From positions 155,757 to 219,756 of the forward strand of contig JAHQWL010000023.1 of assembly GCA_029856155.1 (NCBI GenBank): a stretch of 64,000 nt of DNA. Direction: 5' to 3'. The translations under genes were made by a program, and so were the position numbers. Within the stretch, counting starts at the first letter, position 1. Each line of letters opens with the position of its first letter. This document shows positions 9,657 to 16,667 of the stretch, piece by piece. Origin of the DNA: Promethearchaeia archaeon (lineage in GTDB: Archaea; Asgardarchaeota; Lokiarchaeia; Sigyniarchaeales; SOKP01). The notes beneath the pieces were generated by a model. It was not told the DNA's origin and searched no databases. It worked only from the letters and a program-made list of their open reading frames with translations.

Positions 9657-11372
9657 TTACGATTTTCTCAATAACTTCTTGTCTACTTTTCCAACCACGG
9701 TTAGTGGGAGTTCATCAGTAAATTCAATGATTTTTGGAACTTCGTATGGTGAACAATTTTCTGTTGCAAATGCAATTATGTTTTCTTTTAATGCTTTTTC
9801 GTCTCCCTCGAATTCATAATCAGGTGCTATCTGTATTATAGCTTTTACAATTTCGGAACCGGGCCTATCTGGATTTGGAACGCCGATAGTAGCTACCATT
9901 TCAATAGCGGGATGCTTAGTTAAAGTATCTTCTAATTTTGCGGAAAATACCTTAAAACCTCCTACTATAATCATATCTTTGGTTCGATCAGCTATTCTTA
10001 CATAGCCTTCTTCATCCATTATTCCAACATCTCCAGTATGCATGAATCCATCAGAATCAATAGCTTTTTTCGTTTCTTCTGGTTTATTATGGTAACCTTC
10101 CATAACCATTGGGCCTTTTACACAGATTTCTCCGGCTTCACCTAGAGGTACTTCACGACCAGTATCTGGATCCACTAACTTGAAATCAACATTTGGGAAT
10201 GGTAAACCAATATGTCCTAATTTCTTCTTTCCCCTTGAAGGATTACCCACTGTTAATGGTGAAGTTTCAGTCATTCCATAAAGTTCTATTATCTTTCCTT
10301 TACCAATAACATCTTCAAATATCTCTTGTGATTCTTTTGGAAACGGAGCTGCAGCCGATATTGCATAGTTAATCATATCTTTATCAATTTTTTTGAATTT
10401 AGGGTTTTTTATAATCAGTTGATACAATGTAGGCACGTTTGCCAAGACTGTGGGCCTATATTTTAACATTTCTTTTATCATATGGTTAGTATCTCTTGGA
10501 TTTGGGATTAAAATCTGACTCCAACCTAACATTATTACATTCGCGCAAGTAAATAATCCTGCTATATGGAAGAATGGAAATCCCGATAATCCAAAACCCG
10601 CTCCAAATTCCCAACTAAGCCAGTGCTGGAATATTTTTATATCAGCAACGAAATTTCTATGGCTCAGTTTTGCGCCTTTTGGAGGACCAGTTGTTCCTCC
10701 TGTATATTGAATAAATATAATATCATCTGGAGTTATTTTAACATTAGGAAGTTCATCAGAATACTTTCCTTTAACATCTTTATGATATTCAAGCACAATT
10801 TTTCCTTCTAGCGGTGTCACTTTTCCTTTTGGGATTTTTCCTGCCAATTTTCCAAGCTTAGCTAACATTTTTGGCATAAAGCCACCCACGCTTGTAGTAA
10901 TAATTAATTTTAATGATGGAAGCTTTGTATAAATTTTTGTAATATGTCCCGCAAATATTGCATCCAAAGTGAGAAGTGCTACTTTTTTTCCTCCAGAACC
11001 TAAATCATTTAGTTGATATTGTATCTGAACGGTTGAGAGTAGTGGTGAAACACCAGAAACAATTATCCCGGTCTTCATTGCACCCAGAACTCCAATGATA
11101 TATTCAGGAATATTAGCAACATTTACTCCTAAAACGTCCCCTTTTTTCATTCCATTTTCAATAAGCATATGAGCAAATTCATTAGATAACTTATCCAATT
11201 CTCCGTAAGAAATTTCCGTTCCATAAAAACCAAAAGCTAATTTATCAGGAAGTTCTTCAAAAGTTCTCCGTATTGCTTCAGTGAAAGAGGTTTCGAACTC
11301 TTGGGGATTTAAATCTTTAACATGTGAATCCCAGTTTGCTTTCCAATGCTTATCTTTATAATTTTTTGACAT
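9657..11372 (-). CDS. Long-chain acyl-CoA synthetase (FadD-like), tandem paralogue of 7677..9392
   Basis: Same AMP-binding motifs (YTGGTTGPPKG, YGMTET, HTGD, LPLTVVGK) and clearly collinear with its neighbour. Confidence 0.93.
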   Translation of the reverse strand: MSKNYKDKHWKANWDSHVKDLNPQEFETSFTEAIRRTFEELPDKLAFGFYGTEISYGELDKLSNEFAHMLIENGMKKGDVLGVNVANIPEYIIGVLGAMKTGIIVSGVSPLLSTVQIQYQLNDLGSGGKKVALLTLDAIFAGHITKIYTKLPSLKLIITTSVGGFMPKMLAKLGKLAGKIPKGKVTPLEGKIVLEYHKDVKGKYSDELPNVKITPDDIIFIQYTGGTTGPPKGAKLSHRNFVADIKIFQHWLSWEFGAGFGLSGFPFFHIAGLFTCANVIMLGWSQILIPNPRDTNHMIKEMLKYRPTVLANVPTLYQLIIKNPKFKKIDKDMINYAISAAAPFPKESQEIFEDVIGKGKIIELYGMTETSPLTVGNPSRGKKKLGHIGLPFPNVDFKLVDPDTGREVPLGEAGEICVKGPMVMEGYHNKPEETKKAIDSDGFMHTGDVGIMDEEGYVRIADRTKDMIIVGGFKVFSAKLEDTLTKHPAIEMVATIGVPNPDRPGSEIVKAIIQIAPDYEFEGDEKALKENIIAFATENCSPYEVPKIIEFTDELPLTVVGKVDKKLLRKS

Positions 11373-11655
11373 TTCTATCCAATCCTTTTTTATTTTTAAA
11401 ATTTTAAAATTATAAGATTCATATTATACATTACTAATTATAAAGTTTGATTTTAGTCATCCTCTATATTTCCAGATATGCATAAATGTACATATTCAAT
11501 TTGTCGCCCACAAGATATATTCAAAAATTTAATATACTCTATTTTTACTTTTAATCTCCCCTCTCTGTCTCCATGAAACAATGTTTCTTTTAAAAGAACA
11601 CTTTTTCTTGAAAACAGAAATGATATTACTATACTAAGGAGAAATTGCATGTATT

Positions 11656-11685
11656 TTAGAAAATTGTCGGTGTATCTTTGTTTTA
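11656..11685 (+). promoter_or_regulatory. Upstream motif TTAGAAAATT-N5-TGTAT-N5-TTTTA, copy 1 (radA-like gene)
   Basis: Same blocks and same spacing as the copy at 16311-16340. Confidence 0.55.
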
Positions 11686-11710
11686 TTTTGAAGAATCCTT
11701 ATCCCATGTG

Positions 11711-12478
11711 ATGACATTCGAAGAATCGTTACTCTCATATGACGATGGATTTAAGGTGTTTAAAAGGAACAATCACTTACCACTCATTTCAAGCGGGGAT
11801 AGCACACTAGACAAGTTGCTTTCTGGGGGATTTCACCGAGATTTAGTGTATTTGCTCTATGGAGATAAGAAACTAACGACTAATATTTTATTAACAACGG
11901 CGGTTATTGCCCAAAAAGCTTTTAATAATGGAGGTTTTGGAGAAAATATTAGGGTTGCCTTCATCGATGGAAACAATCGTTTTAACCCCTATAATGTAAG
12001 CAAGTTCGCGGTTTCACAGAATTTATCTCCTCGGAAAGTACTAGAAAACATTCTTATTTCACGAGCGTTTACTTGGGATCAAATGGTTGAAATTTTGGAG
12101 AACAGGCTTTCCATGCTTGAAGATGTGAAAGTTGTATTAATTTCAGGGATTACAACAATGTTTGAGGGCTATGAGAAACAGACTTTCGAAGATTTACTAA
12201 GAACAATAGATGGAATCAAACAAATACTCTGTAAGACAAAACCTCTCATTATTATAACGGCACCTTTACACGAACATTCCCTTTTCAGACCAAAGGGGGG
12301 AAAAATTCTATCGCATTTTGGAAATGTATTAGTGATGATAAATGACGATGAAAGATTTAGCGAATATGTTTTAGTACAGCACCCTTACTTGCCTGAAAAA
12401 AGGTTGCGAAAGTGGAAAACCCGTGCACCCAAGAAAAAAGTGCCTTTAAAGAATGCGACGATAGATTACTGGTTTTAA
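11711..12478 (+). CDS. RadA/RecA-fold protein with degenerate Walker motifs (PolB2-associated, ImuA-like)
   Basis: ISSGDSTLDKLLSGGF RadA N-terminal signature, AFIDGNNRFNPY, LENILISRAFT. Walker A reads YGDKKLTT and Walker B VVLISG. Likely start ATG 11711; the track uses TTG 11678. Confidence 0.85.
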   Translation: MTFEESLLSYDDGFKVFKRNNHLPLISSGDSTLDKLLSGGFHRDLVYLLYGDKKLTTNILLTTAVIAQKAFNNGGFGENIRVAFIDGNNRFNPYNVSKFAVSQNLSPRKVLENILISRAFTWDQMVEILENRLSMLEDVKVVLISGITTMFEGYEKQTFEDLLRTIDGIKQILCKTKPLIIITAPLHEHSLFRPKGGKILSHFGNVLVMINDDERFSEYVLVQHPYLPEKRLRKWKTRAPKKKVPLKNATIDYWF

Positions 12479-12483
12479 CTATA

Positions 12484-12897
12484 TCACCAAAAGGCTTTTT
12501 CAAATTTATCTATGGTGTCCTGTAAACTATCTTTAATATGATTTTCGAAATCAGCAAAGATACTTATATCATTATCCCAATTATTAAACATTTCTTTTGG
12601 ATATAAAATAAAGAATTTATCTACAATCCTTTTAATTTCTTCATTTACTTTTTTCTCCTTAGTTTTTTTCGAAGAATTTACAATAAATAATATTCCATGG
12701 TGTTTCGTAATAATATATTTTTTATCTTTTAGCTCAAAATTAGATAAACCTCCTCTTTCTAATTCTTCTGCCAATAGATTCAACGCAGACATTAATGCTC
12801 CAAATAATTGTTCATCTACTTTTTTATCAAAAACACGGTGATATAAGACAGCTCCAGCATCATTTAATATCCAAATATCTTGTATTACTTTTTCCAT
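12484..12897 (-). CDS. Longin-like domain protein (Asgard type)
   Basis: IWILNDAGAVLYHR...LFGALMSALNLLAEEL...ILFIV...IVDKFFILY...DISIFADF matches the longin/sedlin beta-beta-alpha-beta3-alpha2 pattern. Confidence 0.7.
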   Translation of the reverse strand: MEKVIQDIWILNDAGAVLYHRVFDKKVDEQLFGALMSALNLLAEELERGGLSNFELKDKKYIITKHHGILFIVNSSKKTKEKKVNEEIKRIVDKFFILYPKEMFNNWDNDISIFADFENHIKDSLQDTIDKFEKAFW

Positions 12898-12996
12898 AGA
12901 AATCACAATTCAATAAATACTCATTAACTTTAAAGTTAATTAAGAAAAAATAAATATAAAATATTTAATGTTTAGTTTTTAAAAAAGTAATATTTA

Positions 12997-13731
12997 TTAT
13001 TCACTAGATTTTGGTCTAATATATCCATAATATGCTCCAAAAATTCCGACTATGGCAGAAATCCACGCCAGATAATAAAATACGGTAAAACCAAGGCTAC
13101 CTAAAAAGATAAATACTCTATCGACTGCAAAATTGAGAAATATCAACATAAAACTAAAGGACATAATTGCTAATGATAAAAATGCTTGTTTATAGGTTTT
13201 CTCATCTACTGCTCGATAAGATTCTATTGATCTTCTTAGAAATGGGGCGTAGACCATAACCATATATATAAAAACTATTAAGAACGCAATAATGTCTAAT
13301 AATGTATTACCGTATTCATAGATGATTAAAACGTATACACAAGCAAATATTCCGTATACTATTGTGATATATTTTTGAAGGGCATTATATCCCTTTTCAA
13401 ATACATTCACTTTTAATATATAGGATAAGAAAATAGCAACAGTCACGAAGAATTCGCTTATTCTAAAATCAGTTATTATATTGTACATCCAAGCAATAAT
13501 AGAACCATCTTGTACAACATTCAACTGTGAAACTACAAATACTTTTGATGTCCAAGAAAATAAAATTGCTAGAAAATAGTTTAGGAAAATTATTAAAAGC
13601 AACCGAGTGAGTTTATGACGCTTAATGAAGTACTTTTTTAATATAAGTATTAGTAAAACACCAGCAAATATGATTATAAAAAGTTCAAAGATCATACCAA
13701 TAAAATTTAGAAGAATAATTAATTCAACCAT
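12997..13731 (-). CDS. Seven-transmembrane-helix membrane protein
   Basis: Seven hydrophobic segments counted by eye, ending GAYYGYIRP. Likely start MVELII at 13731. Confidence 0.7.
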   Translation of the reverse strand: MVELIILLNFIGMIFELFIIIFAGVLLILILKKYFIKRHKLTRLLLIIFLNYFLAILFSWTSKVFVVSQLNVVQDGSIIAWMYNIITDFRISEFFVTVAIFLSYILKVNVFEKGYNALQKYITIVYGIFACVYVLIIYEYGNTLLDIIAFLIVFIYMVMVYAPFLRRSIESYRAVDEKTYKQAFLSLAIMSFSFMLIFLNFAVDRVFIFLGSLGFTVFYYLAWISAIVGIFGAYYGYIRPKSSE

Positions 13732-13974
13732 AATAAATAAATATGCACTCCATTTAATATATAAAGTTTTATTTTTAGAAATACAGAATAGCTTTATTAA
13801 TAAACTAAAATCCCGAGTGTTCCTTATCATTATATACCTTATAGCTTATCAAGTTAATAGTATCTGTTTTAAAATCGAAATTGTTCAATATTTAAATGTG
13901 AATAGCTTTTAAGTAATGTGAAATATTTTTATATAATCTATTGAAAAAACGAATTTTCTTAGAAGTGAAGAATT

Positions 13975-14343
13975 ATGGACATGAAGGTTTTTAAAAAAAC
14001 TTTTAAATTTATCTGCGGTGAATGTGGTAATTTTTCGACAACACAAACGGAATATTGTGAGAAATGCGGAGCAAATGCTGTGAGGCAAGCAACACACGAA
14101 GATTATTCAAAACGTGAAAAAGAGGGGAAAGCCGGGATCGCTGAGAGGAGAACTAAGATGAGAGCTGAGGATAAAGCTGAGAAAGCAGAGGAGAAAGCAG
14201 AGGATAAAGCTGAGAAAGCAGAGAAAGCAGAGAAGAGAGCTGAGGAGAAAGCTGAGAAAGCAGAGAAGAGAGCTGAGGAGAAAGCTGAGAAAGCAGAGAA
14301 GAGAGCTGAGGAGAAAGCAGAGAAGAAAGCAGAAGAAACTTAG
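13975..14343 (+). CDS. Zinc-ribbon protein with C-terminal A/E/K/R low-complexity helix
   Basis: CGECG...CEKCG followed by AEEKAEKAEKR repeats. Confidence 0.75.
   Translation: MDMKVFKKTFKFICGECGNFSTTQTEYCEKCGANAVRQATHEDYSKREKEGKAGIAERRTKMRAEDKAEKAEEKAEDKAEKAEKAEKRAEEKAEKAEKRAEEKAEKAEKRAEEKAEKKAEET
14163..14335 (+). repeat. Purine-rich 33-bp coding tandem repeat built from 9-12-bp sub-units
   Basis: gctgaggagaaagctgagaaagcagagaagaga repeated in tandem. Confidence 0.9.
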
Positions 14344-14440
14344 TTATTTTGATATCGCATTTGAACTTATTTTTTGTATGATCTGTGATAGTTTAGATAT
14401 TTTAAGAGGATTAATCATCTATAAATTTACTTAAAAAAAC

Positions 14441-14860
14441 CTATTCTTCTTTTTCCTTTTTTTTATATAAATTAGGATCTTTTTTTTCAAGTATTAAACG
14501 ATCACCACCATATCGAGCTTTTCTTCCATGATAGTAGAGTTTAGATTTCTCATCACAGATTTTATTCCATTCCTCTAATCCTAACTTTTGTATCATAACA
14601 GAATTATACACTTTAGAATTATGAGGTTTAAAGATTTCAAAATTTACAATTGGTTGCAACATTTCGCAAGGGAAATCAGCACATTCATAGCAAAATTCGT
14701 ATCCTTTACCCGTGACGCATTCATAAGTTTTACAATCTGGGAACTTGAGAATTTGACCTTTTAAATCTCGACATCCTTTACAACCAAAAGAATCTACACC
14801 AGGGCATCTCTTACAATAAATTCCACAAGGAGCATGCCATTTTTTTAAATCTTCAGTCAT
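14441..14860 (-). CDS. Cys-rich DUF3795-like protein
   Basis: APCGIYCKRC...CKGC...C...C...FCYECADFPC cysteine pattern. Confidence 0.8.
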   Translation of the reverse strand: MTEDLKKWHAPCGIYCKRCPGVDSFGCKGCRDLKGQILKFPDCKTYECVTGKGYEFCYECADFPCEMLQPIVNFEIFKPHNSKVYNSVMIQKLGLEEWNKICDEKSKLYYHGRKARYGGDRLILEKKDPNLYKKKEKEE

Positions 14861-15080
14861 AAATAGTTCCTTTTCTAAGTAGATCTATCATTAGATTAAA
14901 GTGTAAAAGAATTATTTAATTTTGTCTTTAAAATGTGATTTAATTTGTTTTCAAATTTCAGTTTTTATGAAAACATTTATATAGGTAGTTTATTAATATA
15001 TTCTTGGAGTTTCTAAACTTCAAATTATATGAAGAATTAAAAAATAAAATAATTTCCTTCCAAATGAGGTGATATTAAAA

Positions 15081-15221
15081 GTGAATTATTTTTTATATCC
15101 TAAGGGAGATGTAAAAAAATGCAAATTTTGCGAAGGTAATGCTATAATATATGTTTGGAGGAGTGATTTAGAAGATTTTGATGAGATAATGTGTCCAGAA
15201 TGTACCGAAAATGAAAAATAA
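15081..15221 (+). CDS. 46-aa zinc-finger microprotein (below the ORF-track cutoff)
   Basis: GAGGTGA SD at 15066 then GTG at 15081. Translation MNYFLYPKGDVKKCKFCEGNAIIYVWRSDLEDFDEIMCPECTENEK, with CxxC...CPxC. Confidence 0.65.
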   Translation: MNYFLYPKGDVKKCKFCEGNAIIYVWRSDLEDFDEIMCPECTENEK

Positions 15222-15236
15222 TCCATACAATTATAT

Positions 15237-16208
15237 TTAATTTATATTAAAAAATCTAACTGCATTACTATAGAGCCATTTTTCCTTTACTTTCTCCTTT
15301 AAGGGGAGTTTCATAACTTCATCTGCTAGTTGTTTTATTGATAATCCCATAAAGAGCCAAGTGGAACCAAAAAGGATCTTATCTTGCAAAACCGTATTAC
15401 CAAAATGCATTAGAGGTTCCCATCCTGTTCCTTGCATACTTAGGTATTTAGGTAAGTAAGAAGCAATATCAATATAAATATTGGGATTACGCCATGCAAC
15501 AGCGACCATTTCATTTACCCAAGGCCATCCTCCATGTCCAGCGATTATCTTTAATTCAGGAAATTCTTGAGCAACAATATCAAGATAAATTGGGCGTTCA
15601 ACCGCCATAGTATTTGTTGAGTAATTAATGGACATATGAAACCATATAGGAATATCCAATTCCACACATGTAGAATATATCGGATACATTCTTTTATCAG
15701 TAGGTCGTATCTGAAACATAAAAGGTCTAATTGCAATCCCTCTAAGACCTATCTCATATGATCTCTGTATTTCTTGAACAACCTTCTTTTTTTTCAAGGG
15801 ATCAATCCCAGCAATTCCTATGAATTTATCAGGAAATTGATTTACTATTTCTGCATAATAATCATTTGAAAGTCCCGCAATACCACTAGGAGTCTCTTCA
15901 TCTAAATTAAAAATTACTGCTTTTTCTACTCCCATTTCGTTGAGTTGTTCAACAAAATCTTCAATAGACATGGATAATTTCTTTATTTTAGGTATAAGTG
16001 GCTTAATTGCTTCCTTGAGTTCAGATGTATTAAGAGTTGATTTCATTTTATAAAGTTCTTCTGGTGTAATACCTAAGATAGGAGCGACTCTTGGACCAAA
16101 AATATCTTTAAGATATCTTGCCATTTGCGGAGGTAAAGAGACTAAAAGATTTATAAACACTTCTTCGGTAGGAACATAACAAAGAGAATCAATGATTTTA
16201 TAACTCAT
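15237..16208 (-). CDS. Amidohydrolase family 2 protein
   Basis: IPIWFH, LKIIAGHGGWPW, NIYIDIA, KILFGS, WLYSNAVRF. Confidence 0.88.
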   Translation of the reverse strand: MSYKIIDSLCYVPTEEVFINLLVSLPPQMARYLKDIFGPRVAPILGITPEELYKMKSTLNTSELKEAIKPLIPKIKKLSMSIEDFVEQLNEMGVEKAVIFNLDEETPSGIAGLSNDYYAEIVNQFPDKFIGIAGIDPLKKKKVVQEIQRSYEIGLRGIAIRPFMFQIRPTDKRMYPIYSTCVELDIPIWFHMSINYSTNTMAVERPIYLDIVAQEFPELKIIAGHGGWPWVNEMVAVAWRNPNIYIDIASYLPKYLSMQGTGWEPLMHFGNTVLQDKILFGSTWLFMGLSIKQLADEVMKLPLKEKVKEKWLYSNAVRFFNIN

Positions 16209-16310
16209 TAATATCCCGCTTTTATTATTCTATACAATTATTAGAAATAATAATTAAAGATTGTATTTATTTAGAATGAATAAATCAAATGAAATAGATC
16301 GTCGCAGAAA

Positions 16311-16340
16311 TTAGAAAATTTGTAATGTATTCTCCTTTTA
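16311..16340 (+). promoter_or_regulatory. Upstream motif TTAGAAAATT-N5-TGTAT-N5-TTTTA, copy 2 (polB2 operon)
   Basis: ttagaaaatt tgtaa tgtat tctcc tttta, matching 11656-11685. Confidence 0.55.
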
Positions 16341-16391
16341 ATGTGCCGAAATACTTACTTTCTGGATTCTAACAGAATCGGATGTGAAATA

Positions 16392-16664
16392 ATGGGTAGA
16401 ACTGTACCTTCTTTTAGACCTGCCTTGGAGCATGAAATCGAAAGCTGGAAGGACTTCAAAAGGGCGTTACGTCCTGAAGAACAGAAGATATTTGATAAAT
16501 TGATGAATTTTGCTCGAATACACGCTGATGCTGGTAGCATGAGTGCACGTCCAATGCTATCAGAAGTACTATTCATCTCCTTTGCAGTTGAACAAGAAAA
16601 AAAAATCGAAGTATTAGAAAAGAAGGTAAAAGAATTGGAAGAAATGATAAAAGGGAAAGATTAG
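16392..16664 (+). CDS. Small alpha-helical protein typically encoded directly upstream of polB2 (arCOG07300-like)
   Basis: MGRTVPSFR...WKDFKRALRPEEQKIFDKLM..ARIHADA signature, ending 3 bp before polB2. Likely start 16392. Confidence 0.82.
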   Translation: MGRTVPSFRPALEHEIESWKDFKRALRPEEQKIFDKLMNFARIHADAGSMSARPMLSEVLFISFAVEQEKKIEVLEKKVKELEEMIKGKD

Positions 16665-16667
16665 AGA

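Noticed and set aside
11711-12478. Bona fide RadA recombinase, or a pseudogene
   Set aside because: It lacks the N-terminal HhH domain and the Walker GKT, but the frame is intact with an ordered C-terminal motif, which fits an inactive paralogue.
14163-14335. 33-bp repeat as a CRISPR repeat
   Set aside because: Head-to-tail coding repeats with no spacers.
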